A stretch of DNA of 64,000 nt from Eledone cirrhosa (Eukaryota): the NCBI GenBank assembly GCA_964016885.1, contig OZ024743.1, positions 342,984,001 to 343,048,000 of the forward strand, read 5' to 3'. Position 1 is the stretch's first letter, and each line of letters opens with the position of its first letter. Positions 39,850 to 54,686 of this stretch are shown piece after piece. A model generated the notes under the pieces. It saw only the letters and a list, made by a program, of their open reading frames with translations. It was not told the DNA's origin and did no database searches. The translations under genes and the position numbers were made by a program.

Positions 39850-40062
39850 AATGGTTTAAGTGTGTAACAAGATTGGCTTTTGAATTACAGGCAGAGTCCA
39901 TCCGATGGGCTTCCAATCAGTTGACGTCTACTAAATTTCACTCACAGGGAATTGGTCAATACGGGGCTATAGTAGAAGAAACTTGACCTATGTACTACGC
40001 AGCAGGACTGTACCTGAAATCACGTGGCAGGGAAGTGGACTTCTTAACCACATAACCATGCT
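39850..40062 (-). mobile_element. Older tRNA-derived SINE of a second family
   Basis: - strand gcatggttatgtggttaagaag..caagtttcttctactatagcc. Confidence 0.55.
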
Positions 40063-40372
40063 TGGTTGCTGCAAAAATGAAATGTCAACTAACATAATTA
40101 TCCTGCTTTTTTTATCTTCAAGTAATGTACCAATAGTTCTCGTGGGAGACACTCCTATCCTTTCCTAACCTTGTTCACCCCACCGGCCCCAACACAAACA
40201 GCCACCCGTCTACCCACCTCTTCTTCGTTATTATTTTCACCTAGTTCTATGTAAACTTGAGTCGTCAATAAACCTATTCACTGGAGTATTTACTTTGTTT
40301 TATTTTCCTTGTCTTGACTTTTATATTTTATTTTATTTACTTCTTGTTTTACTCTTCCTCTTTTCTCCCCCT

Positions 40373-40483
<111 letters not shown>

Positions 40484-41462
40484 TTCTTCTTTTATCTCCT
40501 TTCAACCTGTATTTAACTAACTCTTACGACTTATGTCAGTTTTCAGTTAGTGACTACCTTATCTAGCATTGTTTACTTGCTGCCAATATAAGAGCCAGCA
40601 AGGGAACTTCTTAGCGACCTGCTAGAAATAACACTCAAGTTCTCTGAAATCATATCCTATCGTCCTGAAATTCAAAAGGGAAAACAGTGTAAAAACGGAA
40701 GGGGTATGCGTAGATTGAATGTCTTTGATCATAAGTCTTTTCGACCGGTATTGAATTGGGATTAAACAACAACAATCATTTTATTTGTCTACTCATCAGA
40801 CTTGACTATCTATTTACCTTTCTCGATCTGCGCTATGTTTTCCTGTGCTGATTTGTACATTTAAATGTCGTTTTTTCTACAGATTGATTTCAATATTTAA
40901 TCCGAGGAAAGGGTGGTAGATTGGCAGAATTGATAGAGCCTCGGCGAAATGCCATTGCTACATTTGAGTTCAAGCCCTAACAAGTTCAACGTTGTCTTTC
41001 ATCCTTCTGGAGAGGATACTATAAAGTGTCATTCAATTACTGGGGTTGATTTAATCAACTTTGCTCTTCACACAAACTTGCTGGCCTTGCACCAAAAGTA
41101 AAAACCCAAGAAGGAGAAGACACAGTACCCAAAGCTTTTACAAGCCCTCACAGACTGGTGTAGTTGGTGATTTTAATATTCAGTTTAAACTTTAGCAAAG
41201 TCATTAGGTGTGACAAAATGCCTTGCGGAATTTATTTCGGCTGAAATCCCGCCAAGGTAAACTTTGCAGTTCATCCTTCCGAGGTTGACAACATAGAATA
41301 CCAGTCCGAAGAAGTAGATTGGTGGAATTGTTAGAGTATCTGATAAGATTCTCTGCAGTATTTGATCTGGATGTTTACGTTCTGAGTTCAAATTACACTG
41401 TAATAGACTTAATCTGGTGGTGGTGAGGGGTGGTGCAATTTTCGGGGATGTTGTAATAGCAG

Positions 41463-41796
41463 CAGACCTGTCAACTCTCCCCCTTCGACGGTGAGATCTC
41501 CCACCCACTTTGGGATAAATTTTATTCGTGAAAATTTCGGAGATATTTCGTATGATATTTCTGTGTGTCGATAGTGCTGTTTGTTGTTGAATAGATCGTA
41601 CAGACCTGTCAACTCACCCCGTCCGACGGGGAGATCTCCCCGTTTTGGCTCATTTCTCCCCGTCTCCCCCGTTTTTGTGAAAATTGGTATAGCTTTCATT
41701 ATGTAGAATTTTCCAATTTTGCCACATTTCTCTCCATTTTGGGGCACTTTTTTTTTATGGTACTCCCGTTTGGGTTTTTAGAGGTTGGCAGATCTG
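41463..41796 (+). mobile_element. MITE family M1, composite (contains a templated insertion)
   Basis: cagacctgtcaac..gttggcagatctg; TSD tagcag; second terminus at 41601; partial inverted M1 at 42371-42478. Confidence 0.75.
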
Positions 41797-42939
41797 TAGC
41801 AGTAGAAGAAATAGAAGAAACATACATAATTACATCATTGTAACGTTTTTGAGGTACCAGTTCATAATAGTAGCTGTATAGGTTTGGTACAAAGTTTCTA
41901 GATTGTATATGGGTGAATGAAGTATGATAGAATATTTTGGAATGCGAAAAGTTATACGTAACAATGATGGCGATATACTGGTAGTTGAGAGTGTCAGAGA
42001 GGATACCGTTCTTTGGAATGGATTATAATACCGTTTCCAAAGGTGAAGAGGTGTAGGAGAAGAAAAAGATCTCAGGATTTCAAAGATGCCATCAGAATTT
42101 TTGTTTGTTGGCTGAAGTGACCAGAGATGTTTTTGTTGTTGTTGTTGTTGCTATTTAGTCTCAGGTTAAAGACATTTCAATCGTGATGAACTCGACTTGT
42201 ATTCAGACAATGTATCTAGATCTAAGTTGTCTGTTGTGTCCTTCTTTTCTAAGATGGTAGGATGTGGTTTTAGAGAGATTTGGTTACTATTTTTCTAGCA
42301 GGTCGAATAACCACATAAATGATCCCTCGTAATGCGTTAGTTAGCTAGTAAAATATCTTTGTTGTTGTAGATTTTACATAATGAAAGCTATACTCATTTT
42401 CACAATAACGGGGAGACGTGGAGAAATGAGCCAAAACGGGGAGATCTCCCCGTCGGATGGGGTGAGTTGACAGGTCTGTATCATTATTCAACAACAAACA
42501 GCACTATCGACTTATAGAAATATCATACGAAATATCTCCGAAAATTTCACGAATAAAATTTATTGGAAAGCCTTCTTTTTTTATAAAGGAAAACAAAATA
42601 GAATACCCTTAAAAATAAGTTCAGTCTCATAAATTTTCCTCGCCAAACAAATTACTGGTGCAATTCAAAACAGATCTGTTCAAATTAATTAGAAACATAC
42701 ATTCCAGAAGATCGCATAACACTTTCTAACTAATCTTTAAAAATAAACTATTAAAAACTTTTAAACGTCCAACATTTTCGAACAGTCAGACAAAATAAAA
42801 TTATGAGACATGCCCTCAACATATAAAGCATTTCTCTAAAATATGAACACAAGCACACTGGATTGCATTAGTTTAGATGCTAAAACATTGCATTTAGTTT
42901 AAATGCATATAAATGTTGATGTCTTACTACTTATGGAAA

Positions 42940-43125
42940 TCAAATATCATCTTTAATTATCACAAACCTAATTCCCTGAACAATCAACCCAGGGGGCACT
43001 TTTATCTTGTATGGTCCCGTAACTCCTGATAGAGTCGTAGGAGCGCCGTATTGATATACGGTGTTTCTTGGGCATTTTAAGCCTGGCGATGCCCATCCCT
43101 CTCCAGGCCTGAGTACAGCAGATTT
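42940..43125 (-). other. Candidate host-gene exon (unverified)
   Basis: Apparently non-repetitive, higher-GC block preceded on the - strand by a long pyrimidine tract and AAG; two open frames. Confidence 0.25.
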
Positions 43126-44249
43126 CTTCCAGGGAAAGATAGAAAGTGAGAGAGAGGAACTGAGATAGAAATATTGAAGAAGAATCCACCCCAATACTAG
43201 ACTGTCCTTTTTTCATCGACCTCGAAAGGATGAAAGGCAAAGTTGACCTCGGCAGGATTTGAACTCAGAAAACCAGAACGAATACCATAAAGAATTCTAT
43301 CCAACGTTCTAACGATTCTGCCAGTTCGCCGCCTACTTTTATTTTACCTAGACTAAAAATAATCATCAAAAATAAAATCCTTTCTAACGTGGGACAATAA
43401 CATTTCAGTAATAGAGTGGTTCGGTAGCAATTAAAATAAACAATATGAATTCACCAAATTCGAAATCAGATTAATATTCTTCAATCACCAAAACCTTACT
43501 CTAAGCACTATTACCTTCTGTGAAGTGTGGTAGAAGAATTGTTAGAGCGTCAGAAAAAATGCTTTGTGACATTTATTCTTTGTGATATTTATTCTTTACA
43601 TTCTGTGTTCAAATCTTTCCGAGGTCAACATTGCCTTCATCCTTCCGGTATTGACCAAATAAAGTAACACTCAAGTACTGGAGTTGACGATTCGATTGTC
43701 TTCATCCCTACCTAAAATTTCTGATTTTGTGCCTAAATTAGAAACCGCTATTAACATTTCCTATAAATCACATTCTCATTAGTGAATCACAAATTAAAAT
43801 AACAAAAAATGCAGAATAACCTTTTCCCAAAAGCTTCTGCTCTGGGCACTACTTTCTTTTTTTTCCAGAAAAGTCTCATTACAATATATAGTAATAATAA
43901 ATACAAAGACCAAAATCCAAAGAAGGTTCGATAAGGATTGTATATATATATATATAAACCCGTCGAGCAAATATTTATAATTGGTACAGATTAAAGTTTA
44001 AGCAAGTAATTTCTACTTACACCCTATCCTGAGTTTCAGAAGATCCAGTGTATGGTGAAAGCAGAAATTCTTTGCTTAAAATTTAATCTGTACTAATAAT
44101 GTGTGTGAGAGACAGAGAGAGAGAGAGAGTATTTAGAATAAATAGCTTTACCGGTGTCACAAGTTTCATGATTTTCAAACGTTAAGAGGGATAGAAAGAT
44201 GTGTGGTTATGACGTCGTATAACACACGTGTGTGTGTGCGTGTGTGAAG

Positions 44250-44534
44250 GCCCCCACTCGGTCACGAATGACCATGATTTTGCATCTAGAAAGTTTCCCT
44301 CCAAGGCACAAGCCTGGACAAGGTTTATTTTGTGGAAGGCCAGCAGTTACCCATGCATACCAGTCTCCCCTCTCCACGCCACCAATGTTGTCCAAAAGAA
44401 AGGCAATGGCCGATACAGCTAGGCACCAGTGACGTCGCAACTTATTTCTACAGCTGTGTAAACTGGAGCAACGTGAAATAAAATTGCTCAAGGACACAAC
44501 GGAGAGGTTGTGAGTTCGATTCTTGAACCGGGTG

Positions 44535-44535
<1 letters not shown>
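44250..44535 (-). mobile_element. SINE-like repeat (third family)
   Basis: - strand B-box-like ggttcaagaatcg, gttgtgtccttgagcaa, ttgctccagtttacacagctg core; (CA)n-like tail. Confidence 0.5.
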
Positions 44536-44597
<62 letters not shown>

Positions 44598-45360
44598 ACT
44601 AGAAATCGATTGACACATATATATATATTTAAAATAAACACATGTAACAATCACAGTGGATAATTTGTAAAGTGTGTAAGCACACACAGCTAGGTAGGTA
44701 ACTAATTAAAGTTTAACTAGAACTTCAAATATTACCTTTTAAAATGATTAATCTTCCTGAAATATATTTCACCATTAATCCGAAAACTCACAGTAGTCAA
44801 ATTACGAATCTTCAGCAAGGGAGAAGATTTAACTATCTGTGTTTACACATCCAATGCAAATCTGCGAATGACCTGTCGCACGTGTTGCATTTCTAAAACT
44901 ACACACATCGTGCTAGCGTCATCCCAGTGGCGTGAATAGGGTTATAGACAGCTATAAATAGCAGCCGAGTCCTTTCAACTGAGTTAGCTCTACATTTAAG
45001 GGACCGTGTATATATCCAAAATTAAATTAAATTAAATTAAGGGTCATGTCCGAGACATGCGCCATATCCACCGTAGAATAAGCTCAAAGATTCCAATGAA
45101 TAGATCCGAGCATTTTATATCAGGTCATTCGCAGATTTACATTGGATGTGTAAACACAAATATTTAAATCTTCTCCCTTGTTGAAGATCCATATTTTGAC
45201 TACTGTGAGTTTACGGATTAATGGTGAAATATATTTCTTTAATGAAATATATACAAGGAAGATTAATCTCTTTAGTCGCCGACGACCCGACCATGTGACA
45301 GGTTGTACTGGGTTACATGTTACCAGTAGCATTCAAGAGTGACCCGACATACATACATAC

Positions 45361-45741
45361 ACTGGGGTATGTTAGTAACTGCCTCAATACAAATCTTGAG
45401 AAGCTAGGCTTCACAGGAACAGAAAGAACACAACTAGTTAGGAAATTACAAGTACAATCCATTAATGGAGCAGTAAAAATATGTAAAATATTCCAAAAAT
45501 GTTGCATCTAATGACTGCATATACACATGTACAGATGCAAAGCATATACACATGCACACATACAACTCAAAACATCAACATCCACACATACAATAACATC
45601 CATATCTACACATGCATGCATACATACATATCTACCTAGTTGATGTTGTGTAAATTCCAATGAGAGAGTCTTGTGTCTATGTTAGAAACCTACTCTCTCT
45701 CTCTATTGGTAAAACTTTGTGAAATTATAAAACCGGAAGAA
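45361..45741 (+). mobile_element. R4-like RLE element family E, short 3' fragment in (TACA)n
   Basis: LGYV..NLEKLGF..LVRKLQVQSINGAVKICKIF; 3' UTR shared with 46391-47325; TACA on both flanks. Confidence 0.75.
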
Positions 45742-45751
45742 CATACATACA

Positions 45752-46297
45752 TGGTGGCTGCCAACTCGTTTTCGAGTACGGCCACTACTTTATATCCCTG
45801 TAGGAGAACCCCTACCGATGCGCTGAACGAGTGTGACTTTTTAGTCCAACCAGCGACTTGAAAACTCTGGTACAAACACTACACCTGTGACAATTATTGA
45901 CACATAGTGCTGGGCCCATGGTACCATGTGACGACAAGTGCAGAGATATCTCCAGTTATAAAGCAATGTCTGTGTCGTGAAGCTTTTATAGTGAGCAAAG
46001 GCACTGCACAAAGCCAGTCCCACTCTCTTAACCAAGAAGATATTTACCAAAAAGAAGAACAAGTCAACATCATTGGATACCATCAGAGTTGCAGGTACTA
46101 TATCAGGGTTTTCCTCCTCCTAGAATTCTGCCTTGACAAAGGCTAAGGGGTCATCTCTCCCGGTGATTTTGGATGGCCATTGACTCTTAAGAGCTCCTTT
46201 GCCCTTTGACAGGTTTTGTTTTGCCAGTTTAGTCGCCAACCATGAGACAGGTTGTACTGGGTTACATGTTACCAGTAGCACCAACTAGTGACCTGAC
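45752..46297 (-). mobile_element. Non-autonomous RTE derivative, family C copy 1 (5' fragment of another copy at 45272-45348)
   Basis: 3' ~190 bp nearly identical to the RTE end at 56861-57040; RTE-like 5' UTR motif ggaaaac.ctgat; TACA flanks. Confidence 0.8.
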
Positions 46298-46390
46298 ATA
46301 ATACATACATACATACATACATACATACATACATACATACATACATACATACATACATACATACATACATACATACATACATACATACAT

Positions 46391-47324
46391 AGCTCCCGAT
46401 TTGAAGGATATGCTTTTGCAATCCAAGAACGGGAAATCAACACGAAATACCTGATTCACAAAAGAGATAAGAATGCAGACAAAAAAACTAGATACGACAA
46501 GTGCAAACTCTGCAGAATTAACATCGAAGATGTCACCCATGTCATAAGCAGCTGTCCAAAGATGTCATCACGGTACTATCTACATATGAGGCATGTTGTA
46601 GTATCCAAAACACTGTACAATGCAATTCGTAGATAGCCCCGACAATAAACACATTAAAAGCTAGAGCAATGTGGAAGACATACATATATATAATATGAAA
46701 GAGTACTGGTGGAATGTTCCAGTAAAAACTGCAATAAAATGAAATCATGACAGACCAAATATTATGATATGGGACAGCGAAAACGAAGGCATACACAGTA
46801 CTGGAAGTTAGCTGCCCAGCAGATGCCAATATAATATTAAAGATCAGCGAAAAGGAGAATATCTCTGCAGAACTAATGAGAAATCTACAGATACTCCGCC
46901 CTGCTATACCTTCAGATTTATACTTGTGATAATTGGGGCACTGGGATGTTAGTAACAGCCTCAATACAAATCTTGAGAAGCTAGGCTTCACAGGAACAGA
47001 AACAACACAACTAGTTAGGAAAGTACAAGTACAATCCATTAATGGAACAGTAAAAATATGTAAAACATTCCAAAAGTTCTGTATTTAATAACTGCATATA
47101 CACACATACAGATACAAAGTATATGCACATGCACACATGTAACTCAAAACATACACATCCACACATACATTAACATCCATACCTGCACACATATGCATGC
47201 ATGCAGACATGCATACATAATCTACCTAGTTGATGTTGTGTAAATTCCAATGAGAGAGACTTGTAACTATGTTAGAAACCGACTTTCTCTCTCTATTGGT
47301 AAAAAATTATAAAAATTGTAAAAC

Positions 47325-47325
<1 letters not shown>
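46391..47325 (+). mobile_element. R4-like RLE element family E, 3' ~930 bp, decayed
   Basis: AIQERE, CKLCRINIEDVTHVISSC, EYWWNVPVKTA, HDRPNIMIWD. Confidence 0.8.
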
Positions 47326-47401
<76 letters not shown>

Positions 47402-47633
47402 CGTAACAATTTGTTGGGTCTCAATGATACAAACCTTTACATTACACACCTATGTATATAAGATTTCAATACAATAACTTCAAAGCCTTATTTTACTTGC
47501 TCCAATCCCTGTATGTCTTTGTGGCTTTGTGTTTGACTTGTGCACTTATTTGTGTAAATTTAATTCAAATTGGAAGTGTATAGAAACCAACTCAACAAAA
47601 TATTTGAATACTTTATTCTCATTCAATTGTTTA

Positions 47634-48320
<687 letters not shown>

Positions 48321-50310
48321 CGACACTTCATGACAATACAAACTATATGCCATAAGTTTGTCCCGGAGAAAAGGGCCAACGGACATAAAAATCTTATTCC
48401 CAGAGACAGGAAAATCCTTATGAGAGGAAGAACTAAGCTCTCAAACGAGTTGAATGCACAAGAAAAACAATATGGAATTATATTTGAAACGTGCACTACT
48501 TGAAATTGAAACTGCACTCAAACTTTCCCATGAAAAGGAGAGGGCAGAGAGAGAAATCAGGGCCATAGAAAATTTTAAAACAAACCCAAGGCCTTCTTTA
48601 AATTTGCAAAGGAGACTGCCTCGGTACAATGCAAGATTGGGCCATTAACCGGGGATCCCCAAGGGATAAGTGAAATACTGAATGAACAGTACAAAAGTGT
48701 GTTCACACCTCCACTGAGGCACATGCTAATAACAAAGCCAAAGGATTTCTTTGATGCCACAACACTCCATGAAGAAATGTCGACCAACAACCACATAGAC
48801 ATAACGGAGAAAGATGTGGTATCCGCCATAGACGAAATTAGAACAAACTCAGCTGCTGGATCTGATTGATTCCCCGCAGTCCTCCTAAAAAAACATGTAA
48901 GCGTGCCTTAGCAAGTCTACTGACGACCCTCTTCAAAATCTCTTCGCTAGCGGTAAACTACCCAGAGAGCTGAAAGAAGTCACAATATGCCCTATCCATA
49001 AAGGAAGAAGCAGAGCGGAGGCCAAAAATTATAGGCCAGTCTCCCTGACGTCACGTATCAGTATGTCATGGAGCGAATCATCAGAAAGAAACTGATCACG
49101 TTCCTCGAGGAAAATGACCGCCTAACTAGCACGTAGCATGGCTTTCACCTAGGAAGAAGCTGCCTTACACAGCTGCTACAACACTACGACTGGGCACTGA
49201 AACAACTGCTAGACAGCGCACATGTGGACGTGATATATCTTGACTTTGCGAAGGTCTTTGACAAGGTCGACCACGGAATGGTATGTCACAAACTACACAG
49301 ACTCGGCATTACTGGAAAAGTAGGTGAGTGGCTGCATGATTTCTTAAAAGACAGAAGCCAGACTGTTGCAGCAAATGGGACCCTCTCAAATGAAATATCA
49401 ATAACAAGTGAGGTGCCCCATGGCACAGTCTTGGGACCACTATTGTTTTTGGTGACTCTCTCAGACATGCGTTCTGTAGTACATACAACATTCCTCTCTA
49501 GCTATGCTGATGACACTAAGGTAGCATAAGCAATAAAAACCCAGCTGATGCTGCCCTTTTACAAGATCTGGATGCCATATACAAATGGGCTGAGGACAAC
49601 AACATGCAGTTTAATGCTGGAAAATTTCAATCCCTACAATACAAACCTGCAGACACAAATACAATACAACACAGTTACACTGGACCAGGAGGGATCGAAA
49701 TTCCCGTGTCGAAATCGATACGAGACCTGGGAATAGACAAGAACGACGATGCATCTTTTTCCTCACACATCATGAAAGTGGTGACAATGTGCAGACGACT
49801 CGCTGGATGGATCTAGAGGACTTTCCGGACAAGAGACCGAGAGACCATGTTGATACTATGGCGGACATTTGTCCTAAGCCGCCTGGACTATTGCTCCCAG
49901 TTGTGGTCACCCCATAGTATCAAACTAACCACGGAGCTTGAGGCAATCCAACGAAGCTACATCAAGAGGATTACGACGGTGAAGGAGATAAGCTACTGGG
50001 AGAGACTAAAAGAACTTCTACATCTAGAATAGGGGGAAGATATTGCGATAGCCTCAGTTTCAACAAGCTGCCAAGGGATTTGAGAGATATGCACGGTGTG
50101 GACGTGGATGTTTTCAAGAGACATCTCGACACTCTCATATCCAGGATCCCGGATGAGCCCACAGCACGGTACAAAGGTAACCTAAGGGCAACAGTAACGA
50201 ACTCCCTCTTGCACTAATGGCCAGCCAACACAGGCTGGAGATAGAATGTGTAGCAACAAGGGCGGTTCCCCAGCATAGCCTCAGCCGGATGGCTGGTACA
50301 GGTAAAAGAG
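48321..50310 (+). mobile_element. CR1-clade LINE, 5'-truncated and decayed, flanked by (TA)n
   Basis: NYRPVSLTS, DVIYLDFAKVFDKVDH, VPHGTVLGPLLFL, YADDTK, WAEDNNMQFN, SRLDYCSQLWSP. Confidence 0.85.
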
Positions 50311-50342
<32 letters not shown>

Positions 50343-50480
50343 CATACATATACATACATATATATAGATACATACATATACATACATACATATATATATA
50401 TACATACATACATATATATATACATACATACATACATACATACATACATGTATACATTCATACATATATACATACATATA

Positions 50481-50925
50481 TGGTGGCTGCCAACTCGTTT
50501 TCGAGTACGGCCACTACTTTATATCCATGTAGGAGAACCCCTACCGATGGGCTGAACGAGTGTGACTTTTTAGTCCAGCCAGCGACTTGAAAACTCTGGT
50601 ACAAACACTACACTTGTGACAATTATTGACACATAGTGGTGGGCCCATGGTACCATGTGACGACAAGTGCAGAGAGATCTCCAGATATAAAGCAATGCCT
50701 GTGCCGTGAAGCTTTTATAGTGAGTAAAGGCACTGCACAAAGACAGTCCCACTCTCTTAACCAAGATGATATTTACCAAAAAGAAGAACAAGTCAACATC
50801 ATTGGATACCATCAGGGTTGCAGGTGTTATAAGGGGTCATCTCTCCCGGTGATTTTGGATGGCCATTGACTCTTAAGAGCTCCTTTGCCCTTTGACAGGT
50901 TTTGTTTTTAGTCCTGCAGGATGTC
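50481..50925 (-). mobile_element. Family C copy 2, joined to a partial S1 SINE (50926-51036)
   Basis: Near-identical to 53099-53585 with an internal deletion. Confidence 0.8.
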
Positions 50926-51032
50926 CAAATCCCGCCGAGGTTGACTTTGCCTTTCATCCTTTCGGGGTCGATAAAATAAAGTACCAGTAATGCACTGGGT
51001 AATTTGCTGGCATTGTGCCTAACGTAGAGACA

Positions 51033-51277
51033 ATTATTGGAGCTACGGGTTATATAACAACCCGCTTGGACCAAAGTATGACTGAACTTGGATTTGCGGA
51101 CAAAGAGCGCAGCTCCCTAATTCATAGTCTACAAATGGCTGCGATAGCTGGCACCTTCAAAATTTGCAAAACATTCTTGCGATTCAAGGGATGACAATTT
51201 CTTTTCTTTCACAACCTTGCCACCAGGAAAGTGGCTGGTCAAAAAAAATATACTCGAAATTAAGAGAAAGAGATAAC
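51033..51277 (+). mobile_element. R4-like family D, short 3' fragment
   Basis: [27 protein letters not shown], 3' end gaaattaagagaaagagataac. Confidence 0.8.
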
Positions 51278-51300
51278 ATATATATATACTGTATACATAC

Positions 51301-51345
<45 letters not shown>

Positions 51346-51550
51346 CATACATACATATATGTATATAAACATACATACATACATACATATATGTTTACAT
51401 ACATACATACATATATGTATACATACATACATACATATATGTATACATACATACATACATATATGTATACATACATACATATATGTATACATACATACAT
51501 ATATATACATACATACATATATATACATACATACATATATATACATACAT

Positions 51551-51581
<31 letters not shown>

Positions 51582-51620
51582 CATATATATATACATACAT
51601 ATATATATATATATACATAC

Positions 51621-51658
<38 letters not shown>

Positions 51659-51690
51659 ATACATATATATATACATACATATATATATAC

Positions 51691-51757
<67 letters not shown>

Positions 51758-51839
51758 CATACATACATACATACATACATACATACATACATACATACAT
51801 ACATACATACATACATACATACATACATACATACATACA

Positions 51840-52393
51840 TTCCTAGAACCATCTGGAACGCACTTCGGAAAACAAAATTAACAACAAACGAGGAAGAATA
51901 TATTGAGACAGATGGCACTAAGGAATACTGGTGGAACCTGAAAATAAAAACTGCCACCAAATTAAAGCACAACCGGCCTGATATTGTAGTTTGGGACCAC
52001 ACATTGAAAACGTGTTCTGTTGTGGAGATCAGCTGCCCACTTGATGTAAACGTTGTCAGAAAAATACAGGAGAAGGAGGACATCTACGGACCATTGATGA
52101 GGAGTTTACAAATCCAGTATCCAAGATACACCTTTAGCTTCATACCCATCATTATTGGTGCTACGGGTTATATAACAACCCGCTTGGACCAAAGTATGAC
52201 TGAACTTGGATTTGTGGACAAAAAGCGCAGCTCCCTAATTCATAGTCTACAAATGGCTGCGATAGCTGGCACCTTCAAAATTTGCAAAACATTCTTGCGA
52301 TTCAAGGGATGACAATTTCTTTTCTTTTACAACCTTGCCACCAGGAAGGTGGCCGGTCAAAAAAATATACTCGAAATTAAGAGAAAGAGAAAA
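51840..52393 (+). mobile_element. R4-like RLE family D, 3' fragment in (TACA)n
   Basis: [47 protein letters not shown] (RLE PD..E..K motifs), open frame. Confidence 0.85.
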
Positions 52394-52428
52394 CATATAC
52401 ATACATATATATATACATATACATACAA

Positions 52429-52800
52429 GGTGGTTGCCAACTCGTACTCGAGTACGGCCACTACTTTATATCCATGTAGGAGAACCCCTACTGATGCGCT
52501 GAACGAGTGTGACTTTTTAGTCCAGCCAGCGACTTGAAAACTCTGGTACAAACACTACACTTGTGACAATTATTGACACATAGTGCTGGGCCCATGGTAC
52601 CATGTGACGACAAGTGCAGAGAGATCTCCAGATATAAAGCAATGCCTGTGCCGTGAAGCTTTTATAGTGAGTAAAGGCACTGCACAAAGACAGTCCCACT
52701 CTCTTAACCAAGATGATATTTACCAAAAAGAAGAACAAGTCAACATCATTGGATACCATCAGGGCTGCAGGTGTTATATCAGAGTTTTCCTTGTCCTAGA
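52429..52800 (-). mobile_element. Family C copy 3, 5'-truncated
   Basis: Near-identical to 53099-53470. Confidence 0.8.
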
Positions 52801-52973
52801 AATTAAGAGAAAGAGATAACATATATATATATACATACATACATACATATATATATACATACATACATACATATATATACATACATACGTATATATATAT
52901 ATATATATACATACATACATATATATATATACATACATACATATATATATACATACATACATACATATATATA

Positions 52974-53004
<31 letters not shown>

Positions 53005-53026
53005 CATACATACATACATACATACA

Positions 53027-53062
<36 letters not shown>

Positions 53063-53098
53063 TATATACATACATACATATATATATACATACATACA

Positions 53099-53705
53099 TG
53101 GTGCCTGCCAACTCGTTTTCCAGTACGGCCACTACTTTATATCCATGTAGGAGAACCCCTACCGATGCGCTGAATGAGTGTGACTTTTTAGTCCAGCCAG
53201 TGACTTGAAAACTGGTACAAACACTACACTTGTGACAATTATTGACACATAGTGCTGGGCCCATGGTACCATGTGATGACAAGTGCAGAGAGATCTCCAG
53301 ATATAAAGCAATGCCTGTGCCGTGAAGCTTTTATAGTGAGGAAAGGCACTGCACAAAGACAGTACCACTCTCTTAACCAAGATGATATTTACCAAAAAGA
53401 AGAACAAGTCAACATCATTGGATACCATCAGAGCTGCAGGTGTTATATCAGAGTTTTCCTTGTCCTAGAATTCTGCCTTGACAAAGGCTAAGGGGTTATC
53501 TCTCCCGGTGATTTTGGATGGCCATTGACTCTTAAGAGCTCCTTTGCCCTTTGACAGGTTTTGTTTTTAGTCCTGCATGATGTCAAAAGTCACCCTCCTC
53601 ACCAAGAAACCTTGGTGGGGTTGCCAGTTTAGTCGCCAACGACCCGACCATGGGACAGGTTGTACTGGGATACATGTTACCAGTAGCACCAACTGGTGAC
53701 CTGAC
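53099..53705 (-). mobile_element. Family C copy 4, apparently full length (~605 bp)
   Basis: Long (TACA)n on both sides; structured 5' end; zinc-finger-coding 3' end. Confidence 0.85.
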
Positions 53706-53706
53706 A

Positions 53707-53738
<32 letters not shown>

Positions 53739-53861
53739 CATACATACATATATACATACATGCATATATACATACATACATACATACATACATACATACA
53801 TACATACATACATACATACATACATACATACATACATACATACATACATACATACATACAT

Positions 53862-54410
53862 AGTCAACGCGATCAGTCGCATATTTTGGTGTGGGAGATT
53901 ATTTATTAAATTTAAGATGAATACTATCTCCGACAGTAATGCCACAACTACAGTCAGGTTGAATAACTGGTTATTCTTCTAAATATCCCTTCTGAAGACA
54001 CCTTTTATTCGAATTCGTAGAGATATCCGACTAAATACATCATTCATTATACAAGGATTTGCTACAAACAGCATTTGCTACAAGGATTTGCTACAAACAC
54101 AACATCAACAACAAAATTAAGGAAGTATCGAAGACAAATAACAAGGAAGGTAATCAAACTTTATTCAGTTGTAGCTACAGAAGAAACCGAAATTATAAAT
54201 CCCATTTCTCTTGGAGTTGCCAACTTAATAATGATTTATTTAATTGTTATAAAATGGCAAAAAACAATCTCTCCATTGACTATATGAATAGAATGAAGCT
54301 ACAATGGGACGAAATGCACCCAGAGCTAAATTATTTCACAGCGAAACAATTACGCCAACAAGCGACGTTTGTTGAACGTAAAAATAAGATAAATATTATT
54401 AATTGTAAGT
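53862..54410 (+). mobile_element. 5' end of an R4-like element (5' UTR plus Myb-like N-terminus) starting at (TACA)n
   Basis: WSCQLNNDLFNCY..DYMNRMKLQWDEMHP..TAKQLRQQATFV parallels family A WTKELNRTVMQCY..GYRRRMHNIW..DEQTLAGQARVI. Confidence 0.7.
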
Positions 54411-54686
54411 CCCCACAACAAACATGTTATCAACAACACGTGCTACAGGTCGCCATGCTACTAGACTTGCTAGCAGCCAGGTCGAACAGCGCCTTGAAAC
54501 AACTATGCCTGTAAGAAACTTGATGACAAGTGCAGAGAGATCTCCTGTGCCGTGAAGCTTTTATAGTGAGCAAAGGCACTGCACAAAGCCAGTCCCACTC
54601 TCTTAACCAAGATGATATTTACCAAAAAGAAGAACAAGTCAACAACATTGGATACCATCATATATATATACATACATATATACATA

